Shown piece after piece: positions 46,050 to 58,360 of a stretch of 64,000 nt of DNA. Below the pieces are notes generated by a model, which was given only the letters and a program-made list of their open reading frames with translations, made no database searches and was not told the origin of the DNA. The DNA is from Lama glama (taxonomy: Eukaryota). The DNA lies in the NCBI GenBank assembly GCA_028534125.1, contig CM052819.1:105896001-105960000 (forward strand), in the 5' to 3' direction. Position 1 is the stretch's first letter. Every line of letters begins with the position of its first letter. Made by a program: the position numbers and the translations under genes.

Positions 46050-47738
46050 AGGATAGGGGGAAAATATATACCTTTATTTTTAACAGGAATTAAACTCCAT
46101 CACAGAATAATGACACCATGGGGTTCTTTCTCTTTTGTTCCGTTTAATAAATACTAATGAATAAAAATACTTTACTTTGCAAAGAGTCTGCCCCTCTTCT
46201 GTCTCCAGATTTCCTGGGGGCCCCCGAGGCCACCTGCTGACATGCTCAGGTCCGCGCTGCGGCAGGGGCCACCCCTGCCCCGCCAACTGCTTCCCCTCCC
46301 TGTGGCGGGGCTCCTTCTCATCCAGCAGGCCTGCAGACACCATTCAGGCACAGCCCCCTCCCTTCCCACCCCTCCCGGACGCCAGCCCTCGAACTGAATT
46401 TCAAATCTCAGGTGATCCCCCGTCTGAGGAGGAGGAGGAGTCTAGTTTCCACCGAAGCTCGACGTGGGCTCCCTCCAGTTGGTCCCACTGAACACCGAGA
46501 CTGCGTGAGCGGGTTCAGGAGAACAGACCCCGTCCATGGGTGCGTTATGAAAGGGGAAGGATAATGCAAAGTGCACTGTGTGCCTTGTAGACCGTCCCTT
46601 ACTTCAAAAATAGAAACTCCTATGAAATTTAAGCTGTTAGAGTCTGCAGGCAACACATCTGTTATTGCTTGTAACAGACCCCAGCGTGGGGCCGAGCTGC
46701 CCACACCAGAGGACGCCCAGACCGCACCCAGATCCCCACCCCGGGCCGGCATGCGCGCCGCGCGTCCACGCACATCCACGCACGTCCACGAGCGGCAGCG
46801 GCGGTCCAGGTCGGGATACGGCGCGCCTCTGTGCTCCGAGCTGACGGGGGACTCCCTTCCCACCCCAAGCTGGGAAGAACGGTTTTGTCCCAATTGTTGA
46901 AGTTCCTGCCGCAGCTGCCACGCACGAGAGCTCGGAACTTCCCAGTTTTTTGGCTGGAAGAAAACTCTGGCAGACCCAGAAGAAACCTGGACTAAAATCT
47001 GTCTCACACGCTCCGGCCCTGGGGGCGCGCCTCTGGGGACGTGCCGGTGACAGAAGCAGAAGTGTCACCTTTGACCAACACCAGCAGGGAAACGCCGGTC
47101 TTTGTGACCAGCGGGAAACTTCTTTTCTAAGTGAACCCCATTTTTCATTAATCCACGTTTTAAAAAAGTGTTCATTTCCTCAAAGTATTTCTAAATGTGG
47201 TATTTTTAATACACAACAAATGAAAAGAGGTGACTAGACGGTAAGAAAAAACCCGCTTGTAAAACGAAGTACTGAAACAGGGTTCCATGCCCCTCGTGGG
47301 GGCCAGGGAACCAGGGGGGGCCCCAGACACGTCCCGGCTGCCACCTTCTGCCGGGGCTACAGGCCCCCGTCTCGGGGAGGACGTTGCTGGTTCCAGTCCC
47401 CAGGGGGCCGGCGCATCCACCCTCACACTGTGGGAGGGAGGGAGGCCACCAACTGCTGGGTGTGTGGGCGCGACAGCTGGGAGAGGCGGTGGTGATGGCT
47501 CCCTGCACCACTCCTGGCACGCCTCGCCACACCCAGCTGTCACCGTCCTCAGGTCGTAATTTCAGAAGAGAAGCCTGTTTGGGGCAGGAAAGGTGGGAAA
47601 AAAATAGATGCTGTGGTTCTGCAAGCTTGCCTTTTTTGGTACCAGCACAGAGTGTCACTGTCACTAAGCGTTCCAGAGGAGGACACCGGAAACCACCTGG
47701 CGGTGTGTGTGCACGCAGGTGCGGGCACAGTGCGTGGC
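46050..47738 (-). other. UBE2G2: UBE2G2 3'UTR (about 1.7 kb, predicted)
   Basis: Runs from the TGA at 47739-47741 to the AATAAA at 46073-46078, with several AU-rich blocks. Confidence 0.65.
46073..46078 (-). terminator. UBE2G2 polyadenylation signal (AATAAA); an ATTAAA also lies at 46143-46148
   Basis: TTTATT on the plus strand, followed on the minus strand by a GT/T-rich downstream element (GTGTTTTTCTT). Confidence 0.65.
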
Positions 47739-47851
47739 TCAGAGCCCCAGCGACTTCTGCACGATCTGCTTGGCAACCTTGTAAAACTGCTCCCGGTCAT
47801 CCCGCCACATTTTAGAGGCGTCCACGTTGGCCCCGCTCTCATCGTTGGGCT
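47739..47851 (-). CDS. UBE2G2: Ubiquitin-conjugating enzyme E2 G2, exon 6 (last coding exon, 113 nt)
   Basis: TTTCAG acceptor; encodes (E)PNDESGANVDASKMWRDDREQFYKVAKQIVQKSLGL*. Confidence 0.96.
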
Positions 47852-50265
47852 CTGAAAGAGAGGGGACCGTCCACTTTAAAGGGGCTCAAAAAGGAAGGAC
47901 CTGGTGAGACCTTCCACCCCCGAGAGCATCACTGATCTTCCTGGAGACAAACCAGAAACACCGACAGCTGAGAATCCAGGGGAAGGGTATCAGCTCTCTG
48001 AGCACGAGAGCCTCCTCCTGAGAAGGGGAGAGAGGTCAGCGGACAGACGGGCAAGGCCCCCTCTCAGGGTTCCGGCACCCTTGGGTCTGAAGCACCCACA
48101 CAAGCCACCTGGGTCTCACTCCGGAAGCACCAGGATGACTGACACACTCCCACCCACCCAGGAGAGCTAGCCACAGACCACCCACCCACCGCTGTCTCCC
48201 GCCCTGGGGGCTCTGGAGACCACGTCTCTGTCCCAGAGCCCCTTCCCGGTGGACCTGTCCGAGGACAGTGCAAGGGCGGGGCTCCACCAGGGACATCTAG
48301 CCTGCAGACACCTGCCCCTAGGATGGCTCTCCGTGGGCGGGCCAGCTGGGGCCAGCGGGCGCTCCATAACTGGTATTGGGAATCACACGGGGGCAGCTGA
48401 GGCCAGTGGGCAGGGAGGGCAGGAGACCAGAAGGGACGGAGCCTGAGAGAGGTGCTCAGGGGTCAGCAAGGGCCAGGAGGCTGCAGGGCAGGGAGCACAG
48501 CCTCGCCCGCACACTGCGGACCCGCCCCCCAGCGCTGCCGTGGGCAGGGTCTCCACCCAACCACAGTCATGGTCACCACCCTCCTTCCACGCACACGGCA
48601 CACCTTCCCCCACCAGGTCTACGTGCGCAGCCTCGCGCTCGGCAGGCGCAGGACACAGCGTAAGGCCCTCCGAGAGGCACCGTCCGGGGGGGGGGCGCCA
48701 GGTCGTGAACACCCACGAATGCCTCCTTTCAAACCAAGAGCTACAAGGGGGAGGAGGGCAGCAGCAGGCAGGGTGGCAGGGGCCCTCAGGAGGCCCTGCC
48801 CGGCTGGGCCCAACCACAGAGCCCCACTAGTACGGACAGGACCGCTCTTGCCCACCCGCGTGTCTGCCGGCAGAAACCCCAGGCCCAGAGAGTCAGGAGG
48901 GCCACGGCCACAGCCTCCCAGGGCAGCGCCAGCACCGAGGGCACGGTCCAGGGGCAGCCGGCCGTGGAGCTGGAAAACAGCGCAGAGCAAGGGACGTGAG
49001 TTCTGGGAGGAGTGTGCACAGAATCCATTAAAACCTGAAAAAAAGAATTTACAGCAGAAATGCCTGTGACGTTTGTAACAGCAGTATTTATGGGCGACAT
49101 GTGAGACGGCCGCGTCAGCGCCTCTCCCTGCCTTCCCGTGCCAGCCGAGCGCGGGCAGTGTGCCAGCTGCATCCCAGGCGCTCGGGCTCCGCTGTGTCTG
49201 CGGACGCCGGTGGCCGTCACAGCACCCCCCCACCGCCTCCCTGCAAGACCGCAATGCTCTCCTTCCGATGCTCCTCCTCTTCATGGAAGCACCTTTTCCT
49301 GGGACCTCTAGACCACTCCTCCCTGCGTCCTTTGAAGGCCCTCTCCTTCCACAGGCCCTTCCAACACTACCCCTGTCCTGCCTGTCACCTACTGTCTCCT
49401 CCAGAGATGACCCCTCGCCCTCACCTCCACGACCAGCCTTCGGCTGAATGGCTCCTGGAGATTCGGCTCCTGCCCCCGGGGTGCACAGCACACACCCCAA
49501 ACTCTTCTTGTCCCGAAATCCTGTTCCCTCTGGATTCCTGTCCCCAAAGACGGCAGCCCACCACCAGGCCGTCAGGTCAGAACACAGGAGCCACCTGCAC
49601 ACCAGTGAGCCCACGTCTTCCAGGTCCCCCCAGCCCAACCCCTTCCTCTCAGCCCAGGACCACGCCAGCCTGCTTCCAGCACGGGGGGCTGCTTGGACGA
49701 TCTAACACCCCCACTGGGCAGCAGGCTCCGGGAGGCCCACTTCCTCAGGGCGCCCGCCCCGCCGGGCTCCAGCCACACCCAAGCCCCGACAGCACCCCGC
49801 CACGAGGGCCAGCGCCCCGCTTCAGAAGCCTTGCCCCCGCTCCCTGTTAACTCCTGCACGCTCTAAACCCACCTCAGGCACTGGCCTGGGAGCCCCTGCG
49901 TGCACCCTGGTCCCGGGATGTGTCACAGTACCTGCAACCTCCCTCAGAATGTGAGGCCTTACGCCCGGGGTCAGCGTCACACTGAGTTTACACCCGGGAC
50001 ACCGTGTCTGCAGCACAGCGGGCCCCGTTAGGGCCTGCTGCATGAACGGGAGCCCGAGGACCAGAGCGCGGCTGAACACGGCCCACAGTGTGTACACACA
50101 ACACAAGAGCATCTTCAAAAGCCATAATTACAAAAAGGAGGCTTACGCGTGGAAAAGCGCACACGAGTAACACGAAGGGGAAAGCAGGAAACAGCCTCCG
50201 TGCAGCGCTCCCAGAGGGCACGCGTGGTACTGGGCAAGGGCTCCCGAGGGCCCGGGCGGCGTTAC

Positions 50266-50406
50266 CTGCCAGCATGCTCACCACCGACAGCAGGATCTTC
50301 TCCACGCTCTGCACAGGGCTCCACCGCTCGGCGCTGCTCTCGTAGCCCATGGGGTCGTCGCCGGGGGCGTGCAGGATGGAGATGCAGACTCTGCCGTCGG
50401 GGTAGA
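50266..50406 (-). CDS. UBE2G2: UBE2G2 exon 5 (141 nt), containing the catalytic Cys and acidic loop
   Basis: CAG acceptor and GTAAC donor; encodes (I)[46 protein letters not shown]. Confidence 0.97.
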
Positions 50407-52805
50407 CTGCGGGTGGCAGAGCACACCAGGTGAGCCCAGGCCGCCTGGGGATGGGTGCTCGTCCGGCCCACGTGGTCCTAGCAGCCTTGCCGGCTCCCGG
50501 GGCTCAGCTCGCTCGCTGGCTCTCAGGACTCTGGGCCAGTCGAAACAGCTCCAGCCACCCAGGATGATTCCACTTCACATGGGTTGTTAAAGTATTATTT
50601 CCAAAGGGAATAAATGAAGGTCACCCGGCACTCAGATATTTCATCAAAGTATCTCATATAGTCAGGATTTTTCACAGTACTTCTCAGAACTAGCTTCTTA
50701 GCTATTCCTAATTCCACTAGGAAATCTCTGAACTGGACTGTGTAAAATGTATGTTCCCACGGCAAGGACAAAGGTGACCGGAATTATGTAAATACTGAGA
50801 AAAAGACAGGCACCAAGATTTTTCTCGGTGATGTATTCTAGCAGAAAGATGGCCGTCTGTGGTCTCGGGAAGTCGGCTGTGCCTCAGTCTATCCAGTCCA
50901 CCTCCCGTCACCACCACTGACAGGTCTGAGTCCAAGGCCCAGCGCGGGGACCCTCCTGCTGGAAGGCCGCGAGCATCTCACACGCGCTTGGGGAGATTCT
51001 CAGGTTAGCATGTGCTCAGCTATCCCGGGAGACTCACCTGTAAAACCGCAAGGCCGTTAAGTTACAGCATGAAAAATAACAGCCAATTTTAAATAAACGC
51101 ATCTCCTTCACCTGCACCCACGAGTTCAGGATTCTGTGAGCACCCAGGAACGCGAAGAGCCCTGAAGGTCCTCAGCTCCGTGCCTGGCCTGGCCCCTCGC
51201 TCTTCTCACTCATGTTTGTCTTTAACACCACGTCACAGGCTTGCTCTAAAGGATGTGTTTATCTTTGATACAGTCTTATTATTTCTACCTTTAAGTTGCT
51301 CACAATCCTCTTCACAGCTGCATTTTATGGTTGATCCCTTGAACTTGCCGACCTCCTCAGTCAGCTCTACTGACTATGCTTTTACACTCGGTATTCTGGA
51401 AAATGCAAATACACACCAAACCAGAGAGCAGAACTCGACGACTACCCGCACGCACGCATCACTCCACCTCAACACCTGCCGCTCGGCGCCAAACTTCCTG
51501 AAAGCATGAACGTTTCTCAGCACCTGCCATGCACACCGAGTTAACGCTGAGACAAGAGAGAAAACAGTACAAAACGGTCTCTGAGGAGGACGCTAATGAC
51601 CTACACTGACAACAGCAGCAGTAAACGAGATGCTCCAAAGCGTTCGGGCCACAAGTCCCGCAGGAGAGCGTGTTCCCCAGGCAGGCGACCCTGAACACTT
51701 CACGGGGAGGGAGGAGCCCGGCTGGGCTTCAAGCAGGGAGGTGCCGAGCCGAGGGCAGACCAGGGGAGGGTGCGCCAAGACGGTTCATCGGTGAACTGAG
51801 AGAGAAGTCAAGGGCGCAGAAAATTCTGTAAATTCACCCATGGGTTAAACTGGCCTTTAGCGACTTGCCATGTAGAAAAGTACAGGAAAAGGCATCGGTT
51901 TCAAATAAGTAAGTATTTCATTTCTATAAAATAGTGTATCTTACTTGCTTTTCTTCTCCACAGTCATTAAGATCGTGATTATTAGTGTCAATAATCCTTT
52001 GTAAAAGGCAACTTCTTCCCTTTTTATACAACATACTTCCTTGTTAATTCTCTTACCTACAACCCCATCTACAAGAGGAAGCAATAAAAACCACTGCCAC
52101 TCAGGAACTCCGATCCCCGGCTCTAGACACTTGGCAAGACAAACGCAGTATATTTATTCACAGGACCTCATATATTCCTGTTTCTAAAAGTCATACGTGT
52201 TCATCTTAGACAAGATTTGTAAGTAGAAAGAAAATCATCCCACCGTTGGAACATAACCATTGTTAACATTTTTTGCTACATTTCCAATTACATATGTTCA
52301 CACATGAACTTCCTTCAAAAAGAAAAAAGCCTACTGATCAGTAACCTTTTAACTTGCTTTTCTCATTCACTCCAGCACGGACACCATCCCATACCGTTAA
52401 ACGTTATTCTAGGTCACTTACAACATCCGTGTAGTGTCCTAACACATGGATTAGTACAAGTTACTTAACTCTCTGCTACTGAAAACCTAGGTTGCTTTAA
52501 AATTTCCCCCCCTTTAAAAACAACACTGTGACAGAGGCGGGGGCGACCACGCTGGACTCTGACCCACCGGCTCCCTTCTGAGAGCTCCCCAGCCAGGCCA
52601 AGTGCTGTCCAGTTTTAGGGTCACGCTTCTTTCATCTACGCTGAGCTGTCCTTCGAGACTGAAATGACGATGTCAGCACCACCATCATTAACCTGCTGAA
52701 GTTCGAGGAGCACGCCCAGCGGCCCCTGTCACTGCACCGCCGTCCACGCGCCCACCCCGCCGCCAGCCTCTCCCAGGGCCCCCGGCGCCGCTCCCGGGCA
52801 CTTAC

Positions 52806-52924
52806 TGTTGGGGTGGAACATCTCACAGGTAAATCGCATCTTTGGAGGACTTAACGGGTAATCAAGCGGGAAACTGAGGATGGCAGGAAAGACCCCGAAC
52901 TCAAAGCAGGTGTCCTCCGGGCCC
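52806..52924 (-). CDS. UBE2G2: UBE2G2 exon 4 (119 nt), containing the HPN motif
   Basis: TAG acceptor and GTAAG donor; encodes [39 protein letters not shown]. Confidence 0.97.
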
Positions 52925-55900
52925 CTAGAAGACACAGGACACAGGCAGGAGTGCAAGGAAGGCTTTTTTTCAGTATCTACCACATTTTAGGGAGTTAAGG
53001 AAATTTCTACTGCTTCACAAATGCACATGAAAAGATTATCCAAATGGTAACGACAAATTGGTACTTTCTTCCAAATGGGAAGCAACGTCTCGTCTCACTG
53101 TCCCTCCCAATCTGGTTTAAATCACCAAGACCGACTGCGGACACAGGTTTTAGGGCAACAAAGGTGAGAGTGGGACAGCAGCACGTCGGAGCAACGGCAC
53201 CAGAGGAGAGAACTCACGCCGGCTCTGTAAGACCCTGGGGATTTCATTTTTCTGTTTATCTGGTACAATTACATTTTAGGATAAAGATGTAAGTCACGGT
53301 ACAAGTTAGAGCAAGATTCCACTGTATTAAATGAATGAGGGGTTAAGAGTCGTTATGTCAAAGGCTATTTTTAATTTTTAAATGCACGTGCGAAGTGATT
53401 TTGTAACCTTCCAGAAACAGATAAAGAGCACACGTGAGCTCACTGGTGACACTAGCTGCAAAGGGCCAGGCATGTGCACATGCACTGGGCTGCAAGCTGG
53501 GACCTGTGGCCTGGGCGCGGGCCATGTCCTGCGCCGACACAGCCACCTGAGCCCTCAATGTCCCCAGACACGCACGTGCCTGTCTGCCTGGGTGGACGTC
53601 CTCCTCACATGGAAAATGGCAGAAACGGGCCAAAGCGCTTCCAAAGTCCTGTTAAACTGTAAAATTCTATCCTGTAAGTTAACACTGCCTTGACCAGTAC
53701 ACACGGCAGGAAGGCGAGCCCGCCCCGCCTGCCCGCGTGTTAACAGAGAGGAACTCCTCCACCCCTTACAAATTCCACTTCTAAACTGAATTCATAAATC
53801 TACCTTAGAGTAGTTCTTAAAAATCTTAGACCATCTTTCCAAGGCGAAGTTTTATAAGAAAGGAGAACGGCTGCACGAGTTACAGGCACTGACACGGGGC
53901 AAGGACTCGGGGAAGACGCAGCACTCCAGCAGACAGGAGCAGACCCCCACGCTGCCCGCGGGAGCGGACAGCGCGGCCCCTCCGCCGGCTCCCCTGCTCC
54001 GCCAGGCCCCGCACGCATCATGACCCCAGGACAGGGCAACTCGCACGGGCCGAGACCTCCATGACGGGAGCCGCTCAAAGACACAAACCGCAGAGAGGAG
54101 GCGTACAAACAGCTCTGCTTTCCCGTGGTGACAACCCGGGGGTGGTGACAGCCGCCGGAGGTGGGCCAGGACGGCACGGGGTGGGAGGAGGGTCAGATAA
54201 GAACAAGGCGAGAAGTGTTTGTAAGACATAAGCCTTGACTCTGAAATCTGTCCCTGCTGTTTCTGGGGAGGCTGGGGTGAAAGCACCTCGTCTTGGAGGG
54301 ATGCGGCCCGAGACCGGAAGGGCGAAGCCCTGGGCAGAGGGGAGGGCGGGGCCAACTCGCGGCAAACCGCCCGCCCCCCACGGTGGACGCCCCAAAGCCT
54401 CTCCCTCTGAGGCAGGGTCTGCACAGACCTGGGGGGAGGTCTGTGGTCCCCCCTCACCTGCTCTTCCGGGCAGATGACAAAAGCCGCCCTGTTAGCTCTC
54501 CCTGCGTCCTTCCGAGGAAGGTGTAAGGGTTAAGTGACGGTCCGGGTCCCCGTCAGTTCGGCAAGCGCTCGAACGGCAGGCCCAGGAGCCTGGGCAAACG
54601 GAGGCAGTCTGTAAAGCGAGGCTGTTAACACGCTGCAGGGCTGGCGCGGGCCCCAGGGCTCCTGGAACAGCTGCTTCAGAACAGAAAGGAGTGTCTGGGT
54701 CGCGTTTCTGGACTGAGCCAAGAGGAATCTGCTCAATACTCTGATAACAGTTCTTTGTTTCTCATAATAGGGCTTTCTTTAAAATTAAAAAGGAAGAAGC
54801 CCACTGGGCCTCCAGTAGCTTTGGAAGCATGATCAAACATTTCCTAAAGTGCTCCCGCATCTTAACTGTCAAAGCTGTTTCCACACGCTCTGGTTCGCCG
54901 CTGGTTTGACACTGGGGTTCAGAGGGCCGGCTGCCCTGGACTCGCAGCCAGGTGGGCCCCGCTGGGCGGCACACCTGCTGATGCCACGGAAAACGCTGTC
55001 GAGAAGATTCCTGAACCAAGACGAGAGTGGTAATTGGTGCTGTTTTTGGACAAGTCGCACTGCCGCGCTCCAGGCCAGCCTCCTTCTCCTCCACCAAAGA
55101 AGGCCTCAGCCCGAAATCTTCAGAAAGAAAAGGGAAGAGTATCAGAAGAGAGAAGCAAACCCAGCTCCTCCGAGGCCGCAGGTCACTTTCTATCTTAACG
55201 GGCTAAAGCAACGGCCTGCGTGACTTCAGAGCTCGGAGGTGAGTGTGCTCATCTTCTGAGGCGAGCACCTGAGTGGAGCTCAACCACCACCTGGACTCTG
55301 CGCAGAAACCGCGCGTCACACAGCTCACGCTGACGTGCGGGCCTCGGGGGAAGGGGGTGCGGAGGTCACAGCCCTGGCCTCGCCCGACCGCCACCCAGCA
55401 GCGCTCGCCCTCCAGAGGGACAGTGCCCAGCGCGGCGCCGCCACCGTGCCGTCACTAACAGTCAGTCATCGCGGAGCCAACAGAAAGTGGAGACACGCGC
55501 GCTTAGTCTTCCAACGTTGAACGCAAGAGCAGCCGCGCTGCGCTCCTCACTCCCACCCGCGCTCCGTGATGACGGAGGCGGCAGGCAGGCCGGGCGCCGC
55601 GGGGCGAGGGGGGCCGCAGCTGCGCGTCACTCTGGCTGCGGCAAGCGTGGAGGCAGCTGGTCTGTGCTGTTCCCTTTTCCAAGCTGTCCCAGCGTGTGCA
55701 CAGAACGTCTCAAACACACACGCGACGAGGCTGTAACTAATGGGGACGTGAGCGCCCTCACTGGCACTTCAGCTGGAACTGGGTTACTGAGGGGCAGCCA
55801 CTCTCCAAAGCCACGACCACCTGAAGCACAGAAGAGAAGGGCGCGTGGTTCCCCAGACCCCCTTCCCGTCTGGCCAGGTGCCCCCCCTTGCACTGCAGCG

Positions 55901-56869
55901 CCCACGCGAGCACCCAGCGGGGCAGCCGTGCGGGGGACGGAGTCAGAGCAGAGGTGCCAGCTCCACCTGCTCCCTCTGCCCGCAGTGCAGCCGCGACTCC
56001 TTCCCACGCCCGTCTCCCCACCGCCGGAGGGCTGTACGCCCGCCCCAGCCCCGGGCCGGGCGCCCGGCTTCAGCCCAAGCAGAGGCTGAAGCAGCACCTG
56101 CTGCATCTGCCGGAGGCGGCCCCTGCGGCAGCGGGCTGCACAGACACTGCGGGAAGGGGCTGCCCCCACCGCAGGAAAGCAGGCCGGGCGCAGGGAGCTG
56201 TCACCCAGGCAGTGCCCCCGCAGCCTGTGTCCTGGCGTCTGCTGGTCCCAGCGGGGCTACACGTCTACACCCAGCTGGCAGCAGCCCTGCCTCAGCGCCG
56301 TGTCTCGGGGAACGACCCGGGCAGCTGTTTTGCTGGCGTTTCCTCTTCTGTTGCGCACTAAGCAACCCCAGCGACCCGGACCCGGACGTAAAGAACCAGC
56401 GCTGGGAGCTGGGGGAGGGCAGGACAGGCGCCTCTGTCAGGAATCACTGAAGCAACAAACACAGGCTTTCTTCCATGTGATTATTTTCAGGATTTAATCT
56501 GCTCAAAAGGAGCCAAGAGTCATCTCCGAATTTTGGCTGCAACAGAAATTTCTGAAAACTTCAAATCAAATACACTTCAACTGTATTTAAAGTGCACAAA
56601 GTAAGTCCATCAATCATACGAATTTCATAGTGCATTCTGGATGGACATAAACCCTGACCTTGCCCAGAATGAGTAGGAGGGTCAGAGAAGACTCAAACAC
56701 ACGAGTATACACAGGAAAGCAGGCGAACTCCTCGCGGACTGCCCCTCCCAAGTCACCCCGCAGCCACGGCAAGCCCCACTCTTCTCCCAGGCTTGCCTCT
56801 GTGGGCGTGAATTCACATGCTCGCACCCACAAAACTGGGTTATTTTTTAAAAAAGTCTCATGGCGCTGC

Positions 56870-58360
56870 TGCGGGGAATTTTAAAACACCTAAATAAATG
56901 GAGAGACATTCCACATGCACAGACTGGAGCACTCAGGATCGTTAAGGTGCCAGTATTCCTCGCACTGGTCTGAAGACTCAGAGCAACTTCTCTCAAAATC
57001 CCAGCTGGCTTCTCCACAGAAACTGACAAGCTGCTCCCCAAATTCCAGCAGGAAGGCAAGGGACCCAGAACAGGCAGAGCAATCTTGAAAAGGGAGAACA
57101 CCACACTCCCAATTTCAGAACTTACGAGCTAGAGCGACGGAGACCGTGTGGTGCTCGTGGGAGGACGGACAGAGCACCGGAGCAGAAGTCAGGCCCGCGG
57201 CCAGACCCTCACATTCAGGGTCAACGGATTCTGACAAAGGTGCCACGGTAACCCAATGCAGCAAGGATCTTCTCTTCGACAAACGGTGCGGGACAACTGG
57301 ACAGCCACCCGCTGAAGGATGAAGTTGGCCCCCTACCCAAAGCCACACCCCCAAATCATCCAAAATGGGCCAAAAGCCTGAATGTAAGAGCTATAAATAT
57401 AAAACTTCTGAAAGAAAACGTCTGAGAGAACTTCTGTAACCTGGGGTCATGTGACACCAAAAGCATGACCCATACGAGGAAATAACCGCCGCTCTGCACT
57501 TCACAGGAATTAAAACGCCTCAGCTTCAAAGTGCCCCGTCAGGAGACGGACAGGAGAGCTGCAGCCTGGGAGAAAACATCTAAATCTCACATTGCCTGAC
57601 AAAGGACTTGTATCTAAAATACATGAAGACCTTGAGGGCTGAATAAGAAGACAACCCAGTTTAAAAATGGGCAAAAGTTCTTAAGTTCACCAAAGAAGAC
57701 ATGAGAATGGCCAAGAAGCCCAGGAAAGGGCGCTCCGCACCACCGGGCACTGAAACGCGGAACAAGTCCACACGGAGACCCCCGCGCCCACTAGGACAGC
57801 CGTCAGCACCCAGCACCCAGCACCCAGCAGCCAGCAGGGCAGGAAGGGGCGGGGAGGTGCAGGGAGGTGCAGGGAGGGCCGGGGAGGTGCAGGTAGGAAC
57901 TCCACAGCGCGGTGGGAGCCTACAACGGTGAGCTCTTCTGGAAAACAGTCCGGCAGCTTCCTAAACGTTAACATGAACTGACTGCTAGGGCAGCGCCGCT
58001 GCTGCGGGCCCAGCCGGGAGGAAGGACTGGGCACCTCCGACCCGCATGTGAGTGTGGCAGCAGCCGAAGGCCCGTCCGCGGTGAATGTGACTCGGCTGTG
58101 ACAGGAAGGAGCCGCTGACACCAGCATCTCCGAGAAAAAGGGACTAGACAGCGATGACTCCACTTGCAGGAAAGGTCCAGAAAAGGTAAATCGATCGAGT
58201 CAGTAGGTAAGAGGTGGACAGCCGAGGGCGGGGAGGGGGACTGAGCGCAAACAGGCATGAGGACCTTTTGGAAATAAATGCTCTAAAGCTGAATTACTGA
58301 TCATACACTTAATACAGGTACAACTTACGATGTGTCAGTCACATCTCAGTAAAGCTGTTA
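56870..58360 (+). mobile_element. LINE-1 ORF2 3' half and 3'UTR fragments in UBE2G2 intron 3 (antisense to the gene)
   Basis: CTAAATAAATGGAGAGACATTCCACATG, CAAAATCCCAGCTGGCTT, GACAAAGGTGCCA, CCTGAATGTAAGAGCT and AAAGGACTTGTATCTAAAATACAT. The frame is disrupted. Confidence 0.85.

Noticed and set aside
48619-49850. Longest ORFs in the track (339 aa minus, 249 aa plus)
   Set aside because: They lie in UBE2G2 intron 5 and have GC-artefact composition with no recognisable homology.
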